64,000 nucleotides of DNA from Podarcis erhardii (lineage: Eukaryota), in assembly GCA_964252035.1 (NCBI GenBank), contig OZ176209.1. One strand, given 5' to 3'. The position numbers and the translations under genes are program-made. A model generated the notes under the pieces. It worked only from the letters and a program-made list of their open reading frames with translations, was not told the DNA's origin and did no database searches. Numbering within the stretch: the stretch's first letter is position 1; the number at the start of each line of letters is the position of its first letter. Of the stretch, positions 1 to 11,656 are shown in pieces.

Positions 1-72
1 AAGAGCTTTCTTTCATTGGAACCTGGAAGTATTTAAACAGAGAATGAACAACCATATATCAGAGATTATGTA

Positions 73-156
73 GTTTCCTGCACTACAGATACTTCATTGA
101 CAACAGACTGGACTAAATGACTTCCAGGTCTCTTGTAGTTCTGTAGTTCTATTCTA
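73..156 (+). mobile_element. Degraded CR1 3' tail fragment
   Basis: gactggactaaatgacttccaggtctct...gttctgtagttctattcta resembles the CR1 3' stem and octamer repeats. Confidence 0.55.
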
Positions 157-2504
157 AAGTTCATCATTATGGAAGTTCGTCATGATGTCCGATCAGCCAA
201 ATGTGTGAACAAATCTCCAAATGATATAAGAACATTAAGTCCGAGCTGGCCTTTGGATGCTGAGATTAAGGTAGTAGAGGAATTAAGTATGTGTGTTAAT
301 ATGAATCTATAGAATATTAAAAGGCAAATGAGAATATTTAAATCTATGCAAAACCCCTTAACTACATAATCAGAAGAGTCAGATGATGGTGCTTTTGCTT
401 AATTATACTACTTCAGGCCATGGGGTGGGAATCATGCTTAAATGCTCGCGCGCCCCCCCCCCCCAAAAGGCACCTCCCTTCACCATTTAAATGGTACAGT
501 TGCAGAACTATACAACATGCTTTTTTCTGAAAATGTAGCTCAGACCTTAAGTTCTTCAACATTTCAACCATTTCAAACCATAAGGAGAGCTGGTTTTAGA
601 CAGCAATAACTGAGGTCAATTCATCAGCATTATACTCACCACAATATTTATATAGCACATAAGCCTCATATCTTTATTTCAAATAGGTTGTTTTTCACTC
701 CCAAGGACAGTGATATACTAAAGATCAAATACCAACATCTTATAATGTGAGAGATCCCCCAAGTTATCAATAAACAGGATCCCATTTGCAGGCAAAAGGT
801 AGAAGTTTGAGTCCTGTACATAATGCTTGCATGGACATCATTAGGTTCTCTTCTGTTCCTTCCAGATATAATACTGTTCACCTTTACTAACATGATCACA
901 ACCATTCACATGAGCCTATTGTTCCTGTTCTCTTTTCTCTTGAAACACACAGCTGCCTAGGTACTACTGTTATTTTCCTTTTAATAAGATAATAGCTTCA
1001 CCTTATCAAAAAATTGTTAGACAGCTGGCATACTAATATTCTAACCTTGTCCACATTTAGTTGGAAATATCTGGCACTGATTTAAGTGGAGCTAACTCCA
1101 AGGTAAGATGACAAACTTTTCTACTGTAACTATGCCTTTAAGAGAGGGTCAATATGCAGAATAGAGTTAGCTTAATTTTTTAAGACAGCATGGAGATAAA
1201 CCTCATCACCGGCAAGCTTCAGTAGATGAAGCTGATATTGAAGTCATAGTTGCAGAGGCCAGTTGAAAATGTGGCAGCCCAACTCCCAAGTACTAAGGCA
1301 CTGGACTGCAGCTTTACTCGTATTTTTAGAAAATATACAAATCAAAATACATGGGCAAAACATATATGTAACTGTAATATCACGATATTCCTCTCCCTTC
1401 TCACCCCCACTCACTGCATTTTACCTAACTGAAAGTTTCAGATCTCCTGTATACTGGCATGTCATTTTGTTATTCCATAGAATGGCATAAACAGCCAACA
1501 TCTCCCTCTGTACAAATGAAATAATTACAAAGGGCACTGGTGCCTCATGCTTAGGGTGACTTTATCACTTTCACTTCTTAATTCATTTAATTCTTCAGAG
1601 AAGATTATTGCAGACAGTGAAATCTTGGACATTGCTGAGAGAAAGGAGGGGGGGGGGATGTACTGTAGAGCAATTCATTTTGGTCCTCTTCAGCTATTGA
1701 CGTGCTCCATAATATCTTCAGTGTGTTTCTTCAGCTCTTTCTGGTGTTTAACAACCTTATCATGAGGGCTTTTGTGTAACTGAGTGATGTGGAAAGCCCC
1801 TCTCTACTGAAAATAAAGGCAGGGGGAAGAAACCTGAATACTAGGCAATTGATAAATATGGTAATACTAGTTGGCTCCTATTAAGGTCCCCACCCCACAC
1901 CTGCTGCCTTTATTTTCAGTAAGATGTTCAATGTAAAGGAACAGGAAAAATTTCAAAAACAATAGCAAGGTATGGTTTTGGATACTGCCAAAGGTGTTCT
2001 TTTCAAAGATAGTGCTTTTGTCTTAGCTTAATTTGTGAAAGAAGAGGGTTCTAGCTGCAACACTGTGCACAGCTGGAATAATTAATTGTATTGTGCATGG
2101 GGCAATACAAAACTCACATACAGGCTTTAGAGTTGCTTTTACAGATTCTTGTGCTCCTTGATTTCAATTGCAATAGTCAAAGAAGATCAAATGCCACATG
2201 CACACTCAAAACTCACAGGCATTCTTTACTTGTCTTATTATTTCATACAGTGTTGCATAAACAATGAACAGGTGAGGCCATATTAAACAGAAGATTGAGC
2301 AACTTGAAACCTTGCATCCTGCTAGTATAGATATAAGATATTTGGTGTATTTCTTGGACTGGCATAGCTATTTTTTGATCTCTAAAGATAGGCTTTGAGC
2401 AAATTAATAGTGTGCTGGGCACAAACCTATGAGTCAAACTCAGTTCTCAGACAGCAATCCACAATCCATCTGAGCTGGAGTGCTGGGAATGAAGGTAGCA
2501 TTAT

Positions 2505-2945
2505 TTTATTTTACTTATTTGTTAAGCAATTTCTATATCACCCTTAACAAACATCCACAGGGTGGCTTACAAATTAAAAACATTGTAAATGCATAATATA
2601 AAACATTTAGAAACAAAAACAACAAATTAAAATTGCAACAACAGTATCAGCAGACCAGCAGCAGTTCCAACAATTACATAATTCCACAATACCTGTATCT
2701 GTATCATACTTGCTCTCCATCAAAGGCCGGGGGAAGGCAAGAATTGCAACCTATCTCCGAGATGAAAGCAGTGATGGAGGAAGACACACCTCCATGGAAA
2801 GGTCATGCCAGACTTGTGGAGCTGCCAGTGAGAGGGCTCTACTGCAGGCCCCTGCACTCAATATATCCTTGATTGGGGGGAGGGGCACCAAAAGCCTTTC
2901 CTGGTGATGTTAAAGAACAGGCAATATAGCCTGGCTGACAGACCA
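2505..2945 (-). mobile_element. Degraded LINE2-like 3' fragment
   Basis: ttattt tail followed by atatcaccc...gggtggcttaca, typical of squamate L2 3' ends; boundaries approximate. Confidence 0.5.
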
Positions 2946-3617
2946 CACACTGCACTCATCACATCAAAGTTATCATGACTACGTCAAGCTCTGAATTGTG
3001 AGACTTCTGAACCGGGAGACAGCCAAACATTAGAGGGTGGATGGGATCACAAAAAGGAATCGCACAGGGAAGCAGGTGGTGTTGGCCACCTTTCTCTGCC
3101 CTATTAACCTCTGCTTATCTTATTTCTCTTTTGGCAGCTAATTGCCCCAAAGGGTTGAAAGGGGGAGGGAAGGGGCCAATTAGCTCCTAAAGGATACAAA
3201 CACAGACAAATGATTGATGCAGCCCCTGGTTTCTGCTTCCCTGTGCCAGATGATCCTAGATTACATTTCACTGCTTTTGACATGATGGTGTTGTCAGGAT
3301 CTTCAAGGTAGTCTACACAAACGGAAGTTCATATGCTAAAAGTGTTTCTGGACTGTACTACTTGAGTTTGCAAGATGGGGATCACATATAGGAATTATTA
3401 TCTCATATCAAAATAGAGAAAGATAGCTGCACACACAGAGAGAGAAATGCACGTGTTGGAGAAGGAACTTTTCCTTGGCACAAGAATTGTCTACACACAA
3501 AGGTTGTTTCTTTGCCTGTGGTGCAGCATTCATAGAATCATAGAATCATAGAATCATAGAGTTGGAAGAGACCACAAGGGCCATCGAGTCCAACCCCTTG
3601 CCAAGCAGGAAACACCA

Positions 3618-6450
3618 TCAGAGCACTCCTGACATATGGTTGTCAAGCCTCTGCTTAAAGACCTCCAAAGAAGGAGACTCCACCACACTCCTTGGCAGCA
3701 AATTCCACTGTCGAACAGCTCTTACTGTCAGGAAGTTCTTCCTAATGTTTAGGTGGAATCTTTTTTCTTGTAGTTTGGAACCATTGCTCCGTGTCTGCTT
3801 CTCTGGAGCAGCAGAAAACAACCTTTCTCCCTCCTCTATGTGACATCCTTTTATATATTTGAACATGGCTATCCTATCACCCCTTAACCTCCTCTTCTCC
3901 AGGCTAAACATGCCCAGCTCCCTTAGCCGTTCTTCATAAGGCATCGTTTCCAGGCCTTTGACCATTTTGGTTGCCCTCCTCTGGACACGTTCCAGTTTGT
4001 CAGTGTCCTTCTTGAACTGTGGTGCCCAGAACTCCAGGTGAGGTCTGACCAGAGCAGAATACAGTGGCACTATTACTTCCCTTGATCTAGATGCAATACT
4101 CCTATTGATGCAGCCCAGAATTGCATTGGCTTTTTTAGCTGCCGCGTCACACTGTTGGCTCATGTCAAGTTTGTGGTCAACCAAGACTCCTAGATCCTTT
4201 TCACATGAACTGCTCTCAAGCCAGGTGTCACCCATCTTGTATTTGTGCCTCTCATTTTTTTTTGCCCAAGTGCAATACTTTACATTTCTCCCTATTAAAA
4301 TTCATCTTGTTTGTTTTGGCCCAGTTCTCTAATTTGTCAAGGTCGTTTTGAAGTGTGATCCTGTCCTCTGGGGTGTTAGCCACCCCTCCCAGTTTGGTGT
4401 CATCTGCAAATTTGATCAGGATGCCCTTGAGTCCATCATCCAAGTCGTTGATAAAGATGTTGAATAAGACCGGACCCAAGACAGAACCCTGTGGCACCCC
4501 ACTAGTCACTCTTCTCCAGGATGAAGAGGAACCATTGATGAGCACCCTTTGGGTTCGGTCAGTCAGCCAGTTACAAATCCACTGAGTGGTAGCATAGTCA
4601 AGACCGCATTTTACCAGCTTCTTTACAAGAATATCATGGGGCACCTTGTCAAATGCCTCGCTGAAATCAAGGTAGGCTACATCCACTGCGTTCCCTTCAT
4701 CTACCAGGCTTGTAATTCTGTCAAAAAACGAGATCAGGTTAGTCTGACATGACTTATTTTTCAGAAACCCATGCTGACTATTGGTGATCACAGCATTCCT
4801 TTCTAGGTGCTCACAGACTGTTTGCTTAATGATCTGCTCCAGAATCTTCCCTGGTATTGATGTCAGACTGACTGGGCGGTAATTATTTGGGTCCTCTCTT
4901 TTCCCCTTTTTGAAAATAGGGACAACATTTGCCCTCCTCCAGTCTGCCGGGACGTCGCCTGTTCTCCAAGAATTCTCAAAGATGACTGCCAGTGGTTCTG
5001 AGATCACATCTGCCAGTTCTTTTAATACTCTTGGATGCAGTTCATCTGGCCCTGGAGACTTGAATACATCTAAACTAGCCAAGTATTCTTGTACTATCTC
5101 CTTAGTTATTCTGGGCTGTGTTTCCTCTGCTGAATCATTTGCTCCAAATTCTTCAGGTCGGGCATTGTTTTCTTTATTGGAGAAGACTGAGGCAAAGAAG
5201 GCATTGAGGAGTTCAGCCCTTTCTGTGTCCCCTGTTTGCATTACACCATCTTCTCCTCTGAGTGACCCCACTGTTTCTTTGTTCTTCCTTTTGCTACGAA
5301 CATACCCATAAAAGCCTTTTTTGTTGCTTTTAACCTCTCTAGCAAGCCTGAGTTCATTCTGTGCTTTAGCTTTTCTGACTTTGTGTCTACACGTGCTGGC
5401 TATTTGTTTGAATTCCTCTTTGGTGGTTTCCCCCCTTTTCCATTTTTTGTACACATCCTTTTTTAATCTTAACTCAGTTAAAAGTTCTTTAGATAGCCAC
5501 CCTGGCTTCTTTAGGCACCTTCCATGTTTCCGTCTCATTGGTATTGCCTGAAGTTGTGCTTTTACTATCTCCCTCTTAACAAACTCCCAGCCATCATGAA
5601 CTCCCTTTCCTTTTAATATTACTGTCCATGGGATCTCACCCAGCACTTCCCTAAGTTTTATAAAGTCGGCTTTCCTAAAGTCAAGAAATTGAGTCCTAGT
5701 ATGCTTGGCTGCTCCTTTCCGCTGTATAGTAAACTTCAGAAGAGCATGATCACTCGCGCCTAATGATCCTTCCACTTCTACCCCACTAACCAGGTCATCA
5801 ACATTGGTTAGGACCAGATCTAAAATGGCTGTTCCTCTTGTTGCTTCTCCCACTTTCTGGACAATGAAGTTGTCTGCAAGGCCAGTGAGGAATCTGTTTG
5901 ACCTTATGCTCTTGGCTGAGTTTGACATCCAGCAAATATCCGGGTAATTGAAGTCCCCCATTACTACTATCTCCCTTCCTTTTGCATGCTTGGCCATCCG
6001 TTCCAGGAAGGCATCATCTATGTCCTCCGTTTGGCTTGGGGATCTATAGTAAACTCCCACAATGAGGTCCCTGTTATTCTTCTCTCCCTTAATTTTGACC
6101 CAAATGCTCTCACTTTGGCTTTGAGGTTCTAAATCTTGGATCTCTTCACAGGTATACACATCCCTGACATATAACGCCACTCCTCCTCCTTTCTTGTCTG
6201 GTCTGTTTCTCTGAAATAGATTGTAACCCTCCATTATTACATTCCAGTCGTGGGACTTATCCCACCAGGTTTCAGTGATGCCTATTATGTCATATTTAGT
6301 TTGCTGTACCAAGAGCTCAAGCTCATCTTGTTTATTACCCATGCTTTGCGCATTAGTGTACAGACATTGAAGTCCATTAATCATTCCCCCGTGTCTCTTA
6401 TTTAAGGATTTTTTCCTCGCACCACTAGGTCTGCGTGCTGTTTGCTCCAT
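3618..6450 (-). pseudogene. CR1 ORF2p (AP endonuclease + reverse transcriptase), one frameshift and a 12-bp in-frame deletion
   Basis: APE motifs [30 protein letters not shown]; RT motifs [36 protein letters not shown]. An A9 run at 4255-4263 breaks the frame, which resumes as track ORF 3618-4235. YCVQ is missing at 4031/4032. Start codon choice (6450) is inferred. Confidence 0.93.
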
Positions 6451-6533
6451 TTGGTCTATGACATTTGGATGATCATCTTCATCAATTGATAGACTCCTAC
6501 CTTCAGGAGCACTGTCTTCCTCCCCCACATTAG

Positions 6534-7561
6534 TCAGTTTAAAGCCCTCCTGATGAGGTTTCTGAGATTTTTGGCAAAAACATTCCTCCCAACCGTTGTG
6601 AGGTGCAGCCCATCTCTTGCCAAAGTCCATCTTCAAGAAACTGCAGTCCGTGATCTAAGAATCCAAACCGTTCCTGTTTACACCATTTGCGAAGCCAGCT
6701 GTTCACTTCCACTATTTTTCTCTCTCTCCCTGGGCCACGTCGTTCAACTGGGAGGACAGATGAGATGACAATTTGTGCATTTAATTGCTTCAATTTCCTG
6801 CCCAGAGCCTCATAGTCTCTTTTGATCTTCTGGAGGCTATTGCTTGCAGTGTCATTGGTTCCCACATGAACCAAGAGGAAGGGGTATTTGTCAGTGGGTT
6901 TTATGATTCCTTGCAGTCGTTCAGTTACATCTTGGATCTTAGCCCCGGGGAGACAGCACACTTCCCGAGACATCTTGTCAGGCCCACAGATCACTGCTTC
7001 TGTTCCCCTCAGTAGGGAATCCCCTATCACCACTACACGCCTCCTCTTAGGTTTGGTCGGGGTTCTTCCGTGATCTGTCCGTTCCAAGGCCGCCTGCACA
7101 TTCCCTGAGGACTGACTTTGCTGCTCGTCTTCATATACCTGATCGACTGTAACGAGGGAGAGATCCTCAAATGGAGTCTGCTCTTCGTCTTCCATTCTAG
7201 GGGAGAGGACCTCAAAGCGATTGTGTATTTCTAAACAATCAGAGCGAACCCTGGGCCTCCTACTTCTTTGAGTCACGTTTCTCCATATATCTGGCTCCTG
7301 TGTTGGTGAACTAGCCTCCTTCTCAGGGGAGTCCCCTGTCTCCTCCTTGGTGGAGACGGTGTGCTCTGTTGCTTCCAAGAAGAGCTCCAGCTCTCTAATT
7401 CTTTGGAGCGTAGCCACACGTTCCTCCAGTTGCTGGACTTTGTCTTTTAAGAGGGCAATCAACATGCAATTGCTGCAGGTAAAGCTGCCTGCAACCTTTG
7501 GCAAGATGGCAAACATTGTGCAGGAACCGCAGGCGACTGCAGCTGTTCCCTCACTCTCCAT
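6534..7561 (-). pseudogene. CR1 ORF1p (zinc finger, coiled coil, SGNH/GDSL-esterase-like domain), one frameshift
   Basis: ATG at 7561 in AAGATGG context; CGSC..CSNC finger; LIALLKDKVQQLEERVATLQRIRELE coil; IGDSLLRG and HVGTND blocks. Adding one T at 6622-6624 gives [31 protein letters not shown] (stop 6534-6536). Confidence 0.9.
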
Positions 7562-8550
7562 CTTGAGAACGTGTCGTTGGGGCTGGCTACAGTGGTCCTC
7601 CATCATAAGAAGTGTGCAGACAGGACAAGTAACTCCCCCCCAAAAAACCCTAGGTCTCCCCCAACAAACGTTTGAGACTAGCTCCCCTAAATCTAAAGAT
7701 AGATCAAATTGCGCGCGCCGCTGCCCTACAAGCTCTGATAAGCTCCTCCCACAGCTAATCACCTACCTCAACAGAAACCCTGCCCCCTCTGACCTTTGCA
7801 CAGGGAGAGCAGCTAATCAGCCACAAGAAACACACACAGGAGAAAACCCTTTTTGCTCCTTCTTCAGCCGCTGCCCTACAAGCTCAAACCTGCAGTCTGC
7901 ACTCTAACCCCATATTCTAAAGCAGAACAGAACTGCTAATTGTGTCACCCAGCCCTTAACCCCACTTGAGTCAAAGATCCATCTGGTGTAACTGATTTGA
8001 GATTTGGGCTGCAATCCTACACACACATAATAATATTTTGCTTCCAAGTAAATGCGGCTTCTTTAGCATCTGGCCTGTAAATCCATCCCACTTTCAATTG
8101 GAATAAATGCACTTAATAAATGCTTCCCCATGCTTTAATCTATGCTTTTTATTTTGTTATGTATTTATCTAACGGGAGGAGGGTGGGTGCAGCAGAATGT
8201 AAAAGCCTTTTCTAATAGAGAGATTTGATTAGGCAGTCTAAGGTGAAAACCTGTGCCATTCCCCAGCAGCTGGAATTGCAGCAGACCATTTTCACCAACT
8301 GCTGAATGGAAGAGAGAGTATTGTCAACAGGGGAACTCTGACTGTGATGTCACCATATTTTTTGCCATCTGGCAGAAAACAGCATATGGGACCTTTTCCT
8401 GAAGTAAAATCATGCAGTATGGCTGCTGGGTATGCGAGCTTATTAATAGAAAGCCGTGGTAGTCAAACCAATAATACTAGGGCAGCTAGTTTAACAAGTA
8501 TTTGGCACCACCAACATTCTAGATTATGTAAAGTAACATGACAATTAAAT

Positions 8551-10760
8551 AGTCGATTTTATTGCATTAGCCATGTGGCCATAGCATAATATACATAGAA
8601 ATAACAACATAAAATGGGGGTGGGGAGATAAAAGTGGATGTCGTCCTGGGCGAATACTTTGAAAAAATGGGGATAACAAAAGTAACAAGGGATTTAAAAC
8701 ATCGAGTGACAGAGAATACAAAAACAAGTTCGATTGTGCGGCGTATCGACTACTTCTGTGGTATTAAAGAAGAAGTTGGTGCCGCTTTCCTCTTCATCAC
8801 ACTAAGCAGGAAGTTAGCTGTCATCTCGGTAATCCAACAGTCAGAATCCTGCAGAAGAAGGGACACTATCCAAGGCTGGATTGGGAGATGAAGCTTGTTC
8901 ACGAGAGGAGTTAGAAACCGAGATCTTTCATCTGTCCAGTTGGGACAGAAGAGCATTACATGTTCCATAGTCTCCAGAGCCGTGTCATTCTATTTGCAGG
9001 TGCATATTCTATTTGCGATGGAAACTCTGGAGTAACGACCCGAGAGAACTGCTGTAGGAAAACAGTTGAGACGGGCACAGGTAAAGGCCCTTCGCTTAGC
9101 CTCCGAGGGAATTGTGAAGCAGTATAGAGGGATCCCTTCAGGGGGTGGAATAGCTAGGGCTAAGCCTGAACACGGCCCTCTTGCATGGGAAGCTGTGTTA
9201 GAGAAGTCAAGTTGCTGTAGCTTCTTTTTGATTGGAGGTAGGGCCGCCGGGCTAATACACTCTAAGTTAAAAACAGTTTTGCAGTTCAAGTTGAGAAGAG
9301 AGCGAAATTTGAGATTAATTGTAGTTTTCCAAGGAGAATTATGGATATCTCTTAGGATCAGATTGGAGAAACCACCTCTAATTCGAGGATCCGATGCTAG
9401 TAGGTGGGAGCTATAGGAAATGGCTCGACTCCATGCTCGTTTTACAATTGAGGGCTGGGCAAACTCAAGTCGTAGGGCTGCACCTGAGACACATCTCGGG
9501 ACGCCGGAAAGAGATCTCAGAAACATGTGAAGTGGGCAATCCAAGTTACCTGATATTGCTGTAGTCCATACTTCGCAGCCATATAGTAATTTAGGGACAA
9601 CTTTGGCATTAAATATTTGAATTGCTGCCGGAAGGTGTTTGCCGCCCTTCTGGTGATAAAATCGGACAATGGCATTAGAGGTCGTGGTTGCAGCAAGAGA
9701 GGCAGATTGTAGATGGGTGGTCCAGGAGAGATTATAAGTAAATATTAAGCCTAGATATTTAAAGGCTTTTACCTTTTCTAAGTAGCCACCTGTGATCTTA
9801 AGTGGCTCCAGCTTGAGTTTGCGGGAACGAGTGAAGTGGAGGACTTTCGATTTTTTATAATTAATATTAAGAGCTTCCGCCTTACAATAGGCGATAAATG
9901 CATTAACTGCATTTGCTAGGTCCACAGCTGTTCTGGATAAGATGACGACATCATCTGCATAGAAAAGGGAAGCAACGGGGTGGCCTGCTAAGTGAGGAGG
10001 ATACTTAGTTGCTAGCTTCAAAGGGGAAAGAGCATCATGAAGATAAAGATTAAACAGTAAAGGGGCCAAGAGACAACCTTGTCGGACGCCCCTGGCCGTT
10101 GGGAATGGAGTGGTAAGGGAGCCGTTGGGACCAATTCGGACGCGAGCTGTGGTGTTTGAATAAAGGGAAATAATTAGGGAGAGGAGGTGCGGATCAATTC
10201 CCAGATGGGCAAGTTTGGACCATAATCTCTGCCTAGGAATGGAATCAAAGGCGGCCTCCAGGTCCATGAAAGCGGCAAACAGGTGGCCTTGCCTTGGTGC
10301 AGTGTATTTACTGGCAAGGTGATAGAGAGTTAGACAGTGGTCCATGGTTGATGCTGACTTCCGGAAGCCAATCTGTTCTGGCGGTAGAATGTTTCTCTCA
10401 TGGACCCATGAAAGAAGTTCTTCCAGTAAAACAGCGGCAAATATTTTCCCCGGAATAGATAGTAAACTGATGGGGCGATAGTTCCTAGGGATGTTTGGCT
10501 GGCCGCCTTTGAAAATCGGAACTATTGTAGCTTCTCTCCAGGAGTCAGGGATGTCTAGGGCGGAGGAGATAGCGGTGAATACAGGAGTCAACTGTTCACT
10601 CCACCAAAGAGGATCAGTCAGGAAAAGGTCCAACAGGACCATGTCTGGGCCGGGGGCCTTATTCCTTCGCATGGACATTATGATGTTGAAGATGCGGGTT
10701 GAGGTAAACATGACAATTAGAGAGGATTTGCAAGTAAAATATGGAGCTGAGAATGAAGGA
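8551..10760 (-). mobile_element. 5'-truncated non-LTR retrotransposon, non-CR1 clade (RTE-X-like; clade uncertain)
   Basis: Open frame from the 5' boundary for ~589 codons with KAPGPD, YRPISLLS, QIGFR, FMDLEAAFDS, GVRQGCLLAP and YADD, then a C-terminal CxC..H-x4-C knuckle. 3'UTR has AATAAA. Flanked by AATTAAAT at 8543-8550 and 10761-10768 (candidate TSD). Confidence 0.88.
8750..10760 (-). pseudogene. RT + C-terminal CCHC domain of the RTE-X-like LINE, single in-frame TAG
   Basis: Track ORFs 8990-10711 and 8750-8968 are in the same frame, separated by TAG at 8990-8992 (ICTCK*NDTALETMEHVMLFC). Confidence 0.88.
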
Positions 10761-10766
10761 AATTAA

Positions 10767-10902
10767 ATCATAGAATAATAGAATTGTAGAGTTGGATCAC
10801 CTAGTCCAACCACCTGCAATGCAGGGATCTTTTGCCCAACATGAGGTTTGAACCCATGACCTGAGATTAAGAATCTCATGCTGTACCAACTGAGCTATCT
10901 CC
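10767..10902 (-). mobile_element. SINE with tRNA-Lys(CTT)-derived head and CR1-derived 3' tail
   Basis: Minus strand atagctcagttggtacagcatgagattcttaatctcaggtcatgggttcaaacctcatgttgggc resembles tRNA-Lys-CTT (A and B boxes, CTT anticodon). It continues as gatccctgcattgcagg..gttggactag..attctatgat, a CR1 tail. Confidence 0.82.
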
Positions 10903-11656
10903 TAGGTACTATAGCAAAGAGAACAGTTCAGGGCAGATAAATATTGTAATCCCTGCAAAGAAAAAAAAGTGAGTAAAGAATGGGTCGTGGATGGGTCTTG
11001 TCTCTAGTGCAGGGGTAAGCATAAGGTTGATCACAATCTGCTGCTAGATTGGTTTGGTGGGGAAAGCATCAAGATGCAGCATTTCATAAGAAATGATAGG
11101 GTAAATACAAGATAGATATAGGTGGTGGCTAAAGTTGTGTGTGCACCATTTCCCAAATCAGTGGATGCAGAATAAACAGGAATGCATACACAGTCTAAGA
11201 AGCCATGCAGTGCACAGTATGATGTTTCACGAACTGCAACTGCTGAGGTATATTCTGAACTGTTGATAACATAATACAGACAGTTATGGTTTTTAAGCAT
11301 GCCTTTAGGCAAAAGAATAAGCATCCTCTTTTGACTTTTATAACTGCGGGGGATAGGCTACTGCAGAGTAAACAAATACAGCATATAGCAGAACAGAGTC
11401 TTCAGCAATGCATAAAAGTGGTGATGGTGGTGGAGGAGGAGGAGGTTTGGACAATGATCCTGGCTAGGCATGTGCGGATGTTGCAAGCATTTCCTTATTC
11501 TCATCTGTAAATTGTGCAGTGTTGAAGACTATGGTATGTGGTATCTGCTGAACATGTTTCGATGTGCTGACTTCTTCACAGATATGAAAAGAGGATGTAT
11601 CTTTTTACTTACAAAACAATTCTTATTCCAATACCATGTGGCAGTTCTCTTAGAAC

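Larger units (their letters stand above)
3530..7905 (-). mobile_element. Near full-length CR1 LINE (5'UTR, ORF1, ORF2, octamer tail)
   Basis: 3' tail (ATTCTATG)~4 at 3530-3560; ORF2 APE+RT; ORF1 with C2C2 finger, coiled coil and esterase; GC-richer 5'UTR to ~7900. The 5' boundary is approximate and no TSD was found. Confidence 0.97.

Noticed and set aside
4250-4265. Programmed ribosomal frameshift at the A9 run
   Set aside because: CR1 ORF2 is normally continuous (GKKNERHKY); a +1 homopolymer indel or sequencing error is simpler.
3562-7907. Plus-strand ORFs (3562-3843, 4105-4332, 4910-5311, 7347-7907 etc.)
   Set aside because: Antisense shadows of CR1 ORF1/ORF2 with no recognisable domains.
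3500-7930. TSD for the full-length CR1
   Set aside because: No convincing direct repeat at the two ends; the 5' boundary is uncertain.
9066-9416. 116-aa plus-strand ORF
   Set aside because: Antisense to the LINE RT frame; no motif.
10835-10902. Functional tRNA-Lys gene
   Set aside because: Acceptor and T stems are degraded, and it is fused to a CR1 tail; it is a SINE head.
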